Positions 1-11,000 of a stretch of 64,000 nucleotides of DNA are shown piece by piece; position 1 is the stretch's first letter; every line of letters begins with the position of its first letter. The stretch lies in contig CAJINV010000004.1 of assembly GCA_905178155.1 (NCBI GenBank), forward strand, positions 1,580,784 to 1,644,783. Reading direction: 5' to 3'. Made by a program: the position numbers and the translations under genes. The notes below the pieces were generated by a model that saw only the letters and a program-made list of their open reading frames with translations, ran no database searches and was not told the origin of the DNA. This stretch comes from Amoebophrya sp. A120. Taxonomy: Eukaryota > Protista > Dinoflagellata.

Positions 1-2593
1 GAGACTGGCACAGCAGGAGTCCGCTCCTGGTCGCCAGGATCCTGTGGCCGGAACTACCCTGGGAGCGGGTGGTGCATCAAGATTTTCCGCAGGTGGTACT
101 AACAAGTTGCACCAACGATTTCGCTCGCTGTACTGCACCTCGCTTGCGGCCGGTTCCGAATCGGTAGCTGTGGGAGACAGCTGGGGCCGGGTGTCGGTTA
201 TCGACATCGCCCGAGGGTTATCAAATGCAAGAAATATGTCTGGGTCTGGAACATGGCAACTGGTCATGCCAGATCTGGATCATGCGAAAAATCTGTGTTG
301 CAGGATTACCAAAAGCTGGCCACTTTTGACCAAGTTGACATGGGGTTTCTCATGCAGAATAGGCATGACAGAGCCAGAGGTCTCATAGGATCTGTCATGC
401 GAGGTGGTAGGTTCTGCATTCTAGACCTCATGCGTCATGTACCAACTGCATGACAAGTTTGCGTCTTTCCAGACCCAGACATATTTGCAATGCATAAGCG
501 TGTCGCCTCGCGGTGTTCGACGCGCACGTGCAACCCGTCTCCGGGATCGCGTTTTGCCCCGAGGAAAGTGGGACGACGACCACAAGCGCCACCACCGATA
601 TCAAGTGCAAACATGTCTGGGTCCCATGCTAAGTGCAAACATGTCTGGACACTTGTCATGCTAAGTAATACATGAATGACACAATGACTAGAGTACGCAG
701 CCAAGCATGACAGATTTTTGAGCGGTCTTGTGGTGCGTAACACTCATGAGCAACTGCGCTTTTTCATCATGACACAGAAACATCACTGCTATTCCGCAAC
801 ACACATATACAGAGTTTGGGAGTACTATGCGAGTCCAGCATTACAAATCTCGCAAAAATCTTGTTCCAGACACAGTCGTATTTGCACTTGGTAGCCGAAC
901 TACAGATGGCGCAATTTTTTGGCCCGCTGGAGAGGCTAGCGACCGTGGGGTTTGACGGGAAGGTCAGAATATGGAGGTAAGACAACTTCGCATTTTTTCC
1001 TTTGCCATCAGGAACATTCAGATAGTATAGTACTCACATCTGCGAAGAAAAACGCCTCGGTCAACATACCCACATAGTACTACCGCATTTCTCGTGCTGA
1101 TTGAAAAAAAACCTTTTCTTCTTCCAGGCCAACCGGCGTGGTAGCAGCACCGGGCGGCTTTGCGGGTGCTCCGTCCGTTTCCGGTCTGCAACAAGGTATC
1201 CAATATAGACATCGGTCTGGGTAGAAGTGTTCTGAAAAAAGACTGCAAGACTTGTTGATGTAATGATGACCTGGCGCCATCGCCAATGCCATGCGACTGC
1301 GTGTGGTCTTTTTCTTTTTCGCAGGACAACTTTGATCTTCAGAACGTCCCAAGAATCATGTCATGTCAGTTTGCAATGCATACAAGGAATAAAGTTTGAG
1401 CCGCAACACCAGCTGGCGTATGTGCAGGAACTTGTGGATGACAACGAGAACGATCCCATGAGCACAGCTGCAAAAACCTCCCCCTCCCAAGTTGTAGGCA
1501 GCAACTCCCAGCAAAGTCGGCACCATCGCACGCTGCTCGCTGTGGCGTGGCACCGGTTTGGGGCGGATGACTGTGTTATCAAATGTAAAAATGTCTGGGT
1601 CTGGCATGGTTAGAACTTGTGATGCAAACTCTGGAGGACACAAAAATTTGTGTTGCATGAGCGCCAAAAGCTGTCCATTTCTTGGCACACAAGTAGGAAG
1701 TTTCTCATGCGGGACAGGCATCATGAGGCGTGCTCAAAACCTGTGATGCTTTTGCCTGCATCATACGCCATTTGCGTGATCCGAAATATGCATGACAAAT
1801 CTCGCAATCTTCCAGACCCAGACATTTTTACATTTCATATGTGTGGCCGTCGGAGGGTACGGCGGAAAACTCCGATTTCTGGCCTTCAACGCAGAGAAGG
1901 GGTGGCATTTTGTCCAAGACACGGCTCGTCCTGACGAGGGCGCTTTATTGGATCAGGAACTACTACACGGAAAAACAACGAAGATGGAGCAGGAGCAAAA
2001 GGGTTTTGCACCAGAGGACCAGACGCTATCCTGAGTAAGGACGTAGACATGAGAGGTCTTGGTTGTCACGCATGACAACTTTCTAAGGGCTGTCTGATGT
2101 AAATTTCGCAGCAGTGTTGAAATGCTCCTCAGGAGTGACGTCGAGAAAAATTCCGAAGTACATGACAAAGCTAGGGTGCGTAAGTTTTTACTCAGGATCG
2201 CAGGCGCGGGCTCATCTTCCTATCTGGAGTCTGGAGTTCGGGGTTTTCGGCGACCTGCGCGTCAGTTATGCGGCTGGACAACTATCTCATTCTCGCTTTC
2301 AAGTTCAGGAATATATCTTCTGCATGACATCCAACCTATGACGTCCGGAATAAAAAACTTGTGGCGTCGCCACTTCTGTTTGAGGTTTTTGCCGGAACTT
2401 GTCATGCAAACTAAAACGTCAGCTAAGTCAAGACTCAATAGTTGGGGTTGTCCACTTTCATATCAGTTTCGGTGATCGCGGTCAGTTTGCCATCTTTGAA
2501 CGGAGCTTGGACGGTGGATGGGAACAGGTCCGGTCCTCGTCTGGTGGGGCTGCTGGTTTCGGGGGAGGCCTGCAACTCGGGGAGAGTGTCTAA
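1..2593 (+). CDS. WD40-repeat protein, 5' part outside the window; six introner introns plus one GT-AG intron
   Basis: Joined exons give WD40-type repeats: SVAVGDSWGRVSVIDI, VFDAHVQPVSGIAFCP, LATVGFDGKVRIW, CVAVGGYGGKLRF, PIWSLEF; stop at 2591-2593. Confidence 0.8.
219..496. mobile_element. Introner, family A (TIR core tgtctgggtctggaa)
   Basis: TIRs; direct repeat agggt/agcgt; removal restores WD40 frame. Confidence 0.9.
599..893. mobile_element. Introner, family A, diverged
   Basis: TIRs; DR accga/gccga. Confidence 0.85.
1197..1382. mobile_element. Introner, family A, decayed
   Basis: DR caagg/caagg; right subterminal TIR lost; GT-AG register available. Confidence 0.75.
1577..1839. mobile_element. 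Introner, family A
   Basis: TIRs; DR tgtgt. Confidence 0.93.
2027..2202. mobile_element. Introner, family B (tatcctgagtaaaaacgt), diverged
   Basis: tatcctgagtaa...ttactcaggat; DR gacgc/ggcgc; right end approximate. Confidence 0.75.
2267..2462. mobile_element. Introner, minor family (tatg...tggacaac)
   Basis: TIR tggacaac/gttgtcca; DR tcagt; frame restored. Confidence 0.8.
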
Positions 2594-3639
2594 AGAATCG
2601 TGAGCTTCGGTGCTCTCGTTCTCACGTGCCTTGATATTGGAGGGAAAAAGGAAACAACTTCTACTAAAAGGAACTCTCTTTTTACCTTGAGGAAGCTCTG
2701 AAGATTCAATTTCTGACGCTGCATGACATCACATCTCAATTTCAAGGGCCTGCTGCGGTCTACGTCAAGGTCAGGCTGCTCATGATGGTGAACGAACAAC
2801 GACATGTGTGCGCCTGTAGTTGTGTTCCTGTGTCGAGGGTTGTTTTGTGGTAGATTTTATTTGTTTCATTACATTCGTCGTGGCTGATGACGCTTTTAGT
2901 ATTTTTGTCCCCCTGCTGGTGTTGCATGTACAACTCTTGCACTGATTCTTTTGAAGAGGCGCCACGTGATTCATCGATCCTTGATCGGTAGGCAGATCGG
3001 GGTGGTCCGTTGGTTGTTTCTTTACCGCGTCGGAGCGAGAAGATGCGTGGCGATGATCTGTGCGGCATGATAGATCAAGAACACCACGCAATATTACCGA
3101 TCCACCGATCCAAAAAAGAGGTGCTAACTGTGACGCGTCACTGGTTCTGACTGGGTTCTTTTTCTAAAACCCCTCACCTCAGGCGCATTGAAGTTCCTTC
3201 GCAGAAGTCTCCGCTTCGGTCCACTTTGAGGTCGCTATTATTTCCAGCAAAAGATGAGATGATCATGATTTTGATTGCGTCCTCAAGGTTGGATCGCAGT
3301 CGGTGTTTTCTCTTTTCTTCTTCTTCCGCCACTGGTTTTGGGGAAGAAAAGCCCGAGAGCGTTCAGCATTTTTACCAATAGAAATTCAGTTCAACGAGAT
3401 CGAAAGTATAAACCAGTTCTTTGGAATTTTAATTTTTCTGTTGGACGACGATATGAAGAGGTCATCGTCGAGTTTCTCATTTGTTGTGTGTCGTCAGCCG
3501 CGTGACGCACCAACCAGAGGAAGAGGGGGCGTTGCAGCGTAATTGTTTCCATCAACAGCCTGCGCTTGTTTATTCACAAGAGACCGCTGCAATACCAATA
3601 CCAACGCGCACCACACTTCGCGACGCGACGGCCGCCTGC

Positions 3640-6582
3640 ATGATGCTGAGAGGACGCGGAGGTGCAGAGAAAGACGAAGAGCGCGACGTTGCCGGGGGGG
3701 ACGAGAAACGGATTTGGAAGACATCAACACGCAGTCGGAGGCAACAAGAGCAAGAAACGGGAGTGATAAATGAGGACGAGGTCAAATTCAAGGATGACAC
3801 AGCTGCAGATCCAGCTCGTACCACTCTCGGTGCTGCGTCAAAAACCACGCCAGAAGACGGGCCGCCAGTCCTGTTCCTTTCATGTAAAGACGATCCGGAT
3901 GTTCATCTTGAGAATGAAAAACAGGAGCAGCAGCGAGTCCAGCCTGCGGCTGTGCCTAGAAATGATCCCGCGGTCGTGATGTCCTCCTCCTCCACTTGCC
4001 CTGCGCAATTGTCGTGGGCTACTAGTACCACTACTACTATCCCCGTTTTTGCAACACCTCCAACACTCGTCGAGGACGCAACAGCATCTCTTCCGTTGAT
4101 CATCCAAAAGGTGCAAAAGACAAGCGACGCAGATAGAAGTAGAGATGATATAATGCAGGAGCACAGCGAAGTACTACTAGAGAAAGACAACCATTTCTAC
4201 CGAAGTAGTGGTAGGACAAAAATAAACCCCAATCACAAGCTGCTGATCGAAGACAACCGCGCCTCGAAGAAGCCACCGACATCTTCGCCTTTTTCAAGTG
4301 GTCAAAACGTTTCAGCCGTCGATATTGAAGATGCGGAAGTTGTAGAAAAAAACAAGAATCTGAACTTCACCCGACTGCTGCAAAAACCCTTCTCGCGGGA
4401 CTACGTGAAGGCGGTTGTGACCGCCTACGGGAAGGCGTGGGTCGAGCAAGACAGCGACCAGCTGGTGTATTGTGAGGAAATATCCCCCCTCCCCATATCG
4501 AAAAGGTATGCTTCTGAAAATTTGTGATGCAGATTTGTGACCACAAATCCTGTCTGTCTTGCAAGAGGGCAATCTCAGAGACTCCGCCACGATATGCAGA
4601 CGATTTGTAATGCTGCAAGGCCTACAGGGCAGACGTCTGCCATGCCAGGCCCCTACACCAAGAGGCCCGCCCTTAGGCTTACGAGCTGCGTGCAGTCCTT
4701 TACTGCAAGACAAATGTGATTTGTGTACTCAAATACAGCAACACAAATTTCATTTTCGATATGGGGAGGGGGGATTTTTCCTCTCAATATGGTGCAGCTT
4801 TTCACGGCAAACGGGATGTACAAGGAGAAACCCGGTCGGTGCATGCACGGAGCGGAGGAGATTTATGGCGTTCTCAACTGTTACACTCTCAAGTGTTACA
4901 CGAATTTGTGATGCAAAAGCAGCAATAGGGATAGCGGCAAGCTTGCGAGTCGTGCGTCACAAATTTGGCGCAGAGTTAGATGCTGTTTAGCCCTTCGATT
5001 ATTTGTCATGCGAAGCAGCTCGATCGACTGGCGGCTCATGGTCATTCTGCATGACAAATTCATGTAACAGTTGGGTATGTAACGGTTGAGACCGCCATAA
5101 GATTCGGCACTACTGGAAGAAGCAGATCTGCCAGAACGAGAGCGACATCGAGTTCCAGCATATTCTCAGGAAAAACGTCCGCACTCCATAGTCAAGTTGG
5201 GAACTCTGCAAGACGAAGCAACAAGCTTTGGCTGTTGCGCATGACAAATTTGGGCTCGTGCTGTAGTCGCGTTTAGCTAGTGCAGCAGCATTACGGATCC
5301 AGTTTATCCTGCTGAGATGAGTATATAGAAATCTCAAAACACCACTAGAGAAAGCTTCTCATAGGGCTCCGCATGAGAAGCCTTATCAGCATGCAGAGTT
5401 GCATTACAGCTATGGGATGGGGACGTTTTTGCGTAGGAAACAGCACGAGGAAGAGGACATGGTTTTCGACTTCGAGAAAAAACAGGCCACCGTGAAGTGG
5501 CTTGCGTCCTTCGTGAAAACAAGTTCATCTTCGAGCACTTCTAGTGTTGTCCCGCCCTGGAAGCGTCACGGAGCAGATGGTGCCCGCGGGGGCGGCGGCG
5601 GTTCGGGTGAGGCGGATGTCCTCTGCTTTGTGCAGGTCGCGACGCTCCGATTCCGATGGGTTCAGGTCGCGGAGAGCGTTGGGATGTGGAAAATCTACTG
5701 CTTGGAGGAGTATCTTATGCATTGCAAAAGTATCGTACTAGAAGTTTAAATCGCATCAATACAAATAATTGGCTCAGCATTACAAGTCAAAAAATTTGTA
5801 TATGCGGATTTGCCTTAACAAGTAGCTTTGTGATGCAGAAATGCGATTACTACGAGTAAGATACTTTTGCACAGGATATATCTGCACCCCTTTTGGAACG
5901 TGAACGGGATCAAGGTTCTTTATTGTAGTCTACTTAAGTACATTAAACTCAATTATTTTAAATGCTGTTTGAGTTGATCGACGCCTGACATTATTTTGAA
6001 TGCTGTCCGGTCTTCCTCAGCGCTACCTCGAGGAAGCTGCACGACAGGAAGATTCGCGATGCTATAAAATGAAAATAATTCATCACCTACTTTGTCGCGA
6101 TTCAACTTCAAAACGAAACTACTGTAAAACTGTTTGAATGTTTCAAATAGGAATTTCTCACCCGGGAAGACCGGTCGGGCGCGAAGCTGAACATCTCCAT
6201 CAGACTATCCTCAGTAAAAACGTCCCCAACCCGCCAGAGTTGTGACGCCAATTTGCATCTTGTATCCTTGGGATGTTTGTTCTCTAGCCAAACTTCAAGA
6301 TGATGTCGTGCGTGAGTCCCAATAAGAGCCCACGACGTGTCTTGCAGTATTCTCATCTTGGCTAATATCGGTTGGGGACGTTTTTTTTACTCAGGATACC
6401 GTCGGGGCGACCCAGCACCGCCGTCGCGCGCCGGCGATCGGGACTTTATTCGGCAGAACGGCAATGGAGGCAGTGGGGGCGGAGGACCTGCCTCCGCGGG
6501 GGGGAATTATAACCGCCCTACTTCAATACGGAACACGAATCTGGAGCAGCTATTCGGAAAGCGCATGCAAGGATACCAATGA
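3640..6582 (+). CDS. SnoaL/NTF2-like domain protein with a low-complexity N-terminus
   Basis: Joined exons: VKAVVTAYGKAWVEQDSDQLVQLFTANGMYKEKP...GAEEIRHYWKKQI...ATVKWLASF...VATLRF...KIYCLEEY; start codon uncertain. Confidence 0.7.
4468..4789. mobile_element. Introner, family C (tccccctccccatatcg)
   Basis: TIRs; DR tggtg. Confidence 0.93.
4864..5099. mobile_element. Introner, minor family (tatggcg.tctcaac.gttaca)
   Basis: TIRs; DR agatt; frame restored (EEI|RHYW). Confidence 0.88.
5161..5440. mobile_element. Introner, family B
   Basis: TIRs; DR cagca. Confidence 0.88.
5716..5878. mobile_element. Introner, family G (tgcaaaagtatc)
   Basis: TIR tgcaaaagtatc/gatacttttgca; DR tatct. Confidence 0.85.
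6206..6398. mobile_element. Introner, family B, shortened
   Basis: TIRs; degenerate DR cagac/ccgtc. Confidence 0.8.
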
Positions 6583-8065
6583 CGATGCGGTTTTGCAAGG
6601 ATACCAATCACGAATTTTTCGGAAGGTACTAGTAGGTACAAGCAGGCGGAGGCCGCGAAGCGATGACACCATCTACCTAGAACTCGCACCACCGCGGCAA
6701 CTAACGGCGGAAAAACCACTATTAAAAAAGATGCGAAATGAGTGAACGAGGGGGATGCAAATAAAAGTTGACTTCTCGTCTTTGCGAGTATATCATACCG
6801 CGACCTGGACGTGATGCCGCAAGCCCTTGGAATAAAAGCTCGGCATTGTTCGAAGAACAGGGATGATAATGAAGGCGGGAAGATTTTTTATGGTAATGTC
6901 TACGAGCTTCAATGCACAAAACTAGCTGCGCGCATCAAAGTGGAAGAACAACCCATTGGTGGTAAAACACTTCTCATAGGATGTTTTTCGCGCACTCACG
7001 CTCACCGCCCGAAAGGATCCCAATGCAAGAGCTGATAACTGCAAAGATGCAGTAGCAACCAGCGCTGGAACGAAGATCCAAATAGATCCGTGGACAAGCA
7101 CGACTCTGTTACCTGACATTTCCTCGGATCCGTTAGAAGAAGTAGAAGATCAATACACCGATGGCGATGTTGGTTTCTACAACTGTAATATCCTCAAGAG
7201 AAGTAGCTCTTCGAAGAAGGTCGAGAACTACCGATGGTGTCTGGATTGTAGTGGAATAGTGATAGTACTTTACACAAGTTGTGTTGATGCAGAAGGCGAT
7301 CTGTATAGTTCTTCTTGGATGCAGAAGTCAATATGTTTGTAATCTTTCACCCTGCAGCAGCGAAGCGCCGGCGTTTTCTACATTTTTTATTTCTTTTCAC
7401 AATAAATAACTAGGCAATTTTCACGTATAGTACATGAAATAGAATAAAAATAAACTTCGTCACTAAAAGCGGTTCTAGAACGCTACAACGCTTGAGTAGA
7501 GATCTGGACACAGGTGGCCGGATCCCGTAGTCGTCGGCAAATCTGTCAATCCAACCCCTGGCACAACTTGTTGTGCTACTTTGATGAAAATACTACGTCG
7601 GCAGAGTTGCTGACAAGTGCCTACCGTAGTTATGTTTGCGACCAAGTAGATCATCCGCGACAAGCACAAAACACCCACTTTTACAACCCTGGTGGTCTAG
7701 AAAAACAAAAAGTTTCTTTTCTATTTGTTTTTGAAGATTCTTAATTACTTTTTCTGTTGAGTTTTTTTTTATGACGGCGACGCGTCGATCACGACATTTG
7801 TTTCGCTTTCGTCCACACCTCCTGGTCATAAAGCATTGAGGTGGCAAGAATCTCCAAAAGGCTCCGCGTCACGAACGACGGTTGGAGTTGAAGGTCTTGA
7901 TTCTCATTCTCTATCTTGTAGGTACATACTTAAGTAGGTGTAAATTTTTAGTAGGCTGCAACTTGCCTACTTCACAAGAAGATAGTTGTAACCTCCCAGT
8001 AGCAGCGAAGATAGATTTCAATAATCAAATATTTCATTCCAGACGATCAGGGCAATATAATAGCG

Positions 8066-11000
8066 ATGATGTCGGCGGCGTCGGAGCAAAGGACGGCACC
8101 GCGACCTGCAGTCACTTGCTCGCAGCGACACCAGGGATCGACCGACAACAACTCATCTTTGAGAAGAAAACAGCGTCAACAACAAGCACCGGGGGCATGT
8201 TCTAGTGCTACTTTGCGAGGAGGACGAGGAGGAAGGACAACCACAACCATGTATCTTATGTAAAAACGTACCCACCCCATAGTCAAGATGGGGAATCGGC
8301 TAGACAAATCCACGAGCTTTGGCTGTTTCGCATGACAAATTTGGACGCGTAGTGTAGTACTGTTTGAGCTATTTCAGCAGCATTACAGATCTAGTCTCTC
8401 ATGCTGATTGGAGCATGACAAATTTCAAAACACCATTAGAAAATGCTTCTCATCGGGCTCCGCATGAGAAACATTTTAAGCATGCAGATTTGCATGACAA
8501 CTATGGTGTGGGTACGTTTTTACTCAGGATACCATGAGAGCTCTGTCCTCGGCTGCCGGTTTGCTATGCATTGCAAATATGTCTGGGTCTGGAAGAATGC
8601 AAACTTGTGATGCGCATTTCACAACGCATAAGAATCTCTCATGCATAGGCAGCAAAAGCTGCCTACTTTCTGTCACCAAAATCAGGCATCTGTGATGCAG
8701 ATTCGGCATTGCGGAAGCTTCTCGAAACCTGTGATGCTAGAGCTTCCATGCCAGACCTTCTGTGTCATGCAAAAGCAGCATGACTCTTCACTTCCAGACC
8801 CAGACATTTTTGCATTTGATATTTGCTGATCGGATGCAATTACGGTCCAGAACAAGTGTCGGCGCAAACGTTTACCTTCCAGATGGGGGGAGGCGGTGGG
8901 GTATCAAATGTAAAAATGTCTGGGTCTGGAAAGTTGGAACTTGTGATGCTAACTTTAGACTCTAAAAAAATCTGTATTGCATGACCAGCAAGAGGAGCCA
9001 CATTTGTGCTACGCGAGGAGGGCATTTGTCATGCGGAAATGGCATCAGGAAGCTTCCCATAAATCTGTGCTGCTGGGTCATGCATTACAAGCATCATGGA
9101 TCATGCCAGACAAGCATGACAAGCCTTCCATTCTTCCAGACCCAGACATTTTTACATTTGATATGGGGGCCTCGGCGACATTTTGGGCGCCATGATGGGC
9201 GGAGGAAGTGAGTTTTTTTTTGAAGACACATCTACCCTGGTAGAGCCTTTTCGTGGAGTGACTGGAGGGAGTTTCCCCCCGTCCGTTTTTGTATATGGGC
9301 TGGCAGATCCCTAGAAGCTAATGCCTGGAGTTGTTGGTCTTCCACCCCTCTGAGTGGGGTCGGGGAAGGAGCCAACGCGGACGTAGTCCGCAGATTTCGC
9401 TGGATAGGTTGCTTTGTGATGGATTCACATCGTTCTCGCGTTCTAATGAATGGTAGCTCATGTGCTCAGAGTGCACCGCAGCGCCATTCCGCCATTGAGG
9501 GCGTTTCCCAGCGGGGAAGGGTGATTTAGGAAGGTCGCGTTCTAATGAATGGTAGCTCATGTGCTCAGAGTGCACCGCAGTGCCATTCCGCCACTGAGGG
9601 CGTTTCCCAGCGGGGAAGGGTTATTTAGGAAGTTTTCGCTTTAATGGATGGTAGCTCATGTGCTCAGAGTGCACCGCAGTGCCATTCCGCCACTGAGGGC
9701 GCTTCCCAGCGGGGAGGATGGGTTTCAGGATGGTTTTGCGGTTTTTACAACTAGTAAGTGGATCAGGAGGTCGATGTACCAAGATGCCTACTCATGGATA
9801 TTTCTGTTTTTCGAGCCCGTGGGGATATGGGCTGTTCTTTGTTTTCGCTCCTCGTTAGGGCAGGATGTTTCATTCCGAGCTCTGGCCCTCAAGCTCGGGG
9901 TCCTAGATGGGCTGGCTGGAGTTTGTTTTTGTTCGCGTTTCTAGGGAATATGCGGCAGTGCTGGGGAGCATTATGGTGCTGCTCAGGGTGCAAGGCGGGT
10001 TTTGCTCGCCCTTCGATATGTTGCGGGTTTTTCAGCTTACTAGCTACTACTCCGAGTAAGGGCAGGAGGCTCCGAAGCCTCGTTTGGGAAGCCCTGTCGG
10101 GGCCGGATACCTCGCTGTGCTGGTTTTTTAGCGGAAGCCTCGTTTGGGATGACCCGCTTGTCTTGTCGGGTCGGCTAGGCTAGGATAGCTACCGGGGGTG
10201 GTCGAGAAGGCTTTTTGTGCTTTCCTGACGTTAGTCTGTTTAATCTGCTACTCTTGGATCGCATGGGATTTGAGTGCCACAGTGGGAGGCCAGCTTGGTG
10301 CTTGGCTGTTCTAGTCCGTCGCGTTAGCGCCATTTTGGGCGCCATTTTGGTTCTTGGAGCTTGGCGACATTTTGGGCGCCATGATGGGCGGAGGAAGTGA
10401 GTTTTTTTTTGAAGACACATGCGCGCCAAGCAAAAGAAACAGCGCCGGGGCGCAGCCGGCCGGCGTTGCGCCCCCTGGGCATTGGCCCGGCGCGCGAGCA
10501 GTGTATCCGGGCTGCGCGGGTGTCTGCGTTGTGTGGCCGCCGGTGTGTGCCCGCCCCCGCCCGCCGCCCTAGCAGGGCCGGCCGGGGCTTGGAAAGCGGA
10601 AGCGCGGAAGCCAGGCAGGCTCTTGTTCGCCCCTTTCGGTTTTTGTCGGTCCACCTCCGGCCGGCGCCGGACGTCGAGGTAGCCCGTCTGCCCGTGGCGC
10701 GTTGTTGGCAAGATGGAAAACCCGGGCGCGCGGCCTCTTGGCCGGATCTGCGAGTAGGGATGCCCATCAAGCGGAATTGCGACTGGCCGCGAAGGGAGGG
10801 CTGGGGCCGGTCGGCCTTCTCCTGGTCCCCGGCCGGTGGGTTTCGGGAGGGGAACAGGCTAGCGGAGGGCATCGGCAAGCAGCGGCAGGCGCAGAAGCTT
10901 GGCGCGCATCCGCGCTGCCGTGGTTTTATCGGGCCCTCCACAGAAAGTAAGGGGGTTCGGTTGAGGAGGCGCAGGGCCGACCGGGTGGGATTTTGGCCAT

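Noticed and set aside
8532-8850. Metacaspase-like LLIGCNY motif
   Set aside because: No following GCxND or catalytic His/Cys motifs; the frame continues into the DnaJ gene
9436-9716. Hammerhead ribozyme or tRNA genes in the 99-bp repeat
   Set aside because: No CUGANGA/GAAA core on either strand and no T-loop GTTCRA or CCA geometry; kept only as an unclassified structured repeat
10315-10362. Dinoflagellate spliced-leader relic (gccattttgg twice)
   Set aside because: Only about 10 nt match CCGTAGCCATTTTGGCTCAAG, and the sequence is more simply explained as stutter of the adjacent target (cattttgggcgccat); not fully excluded
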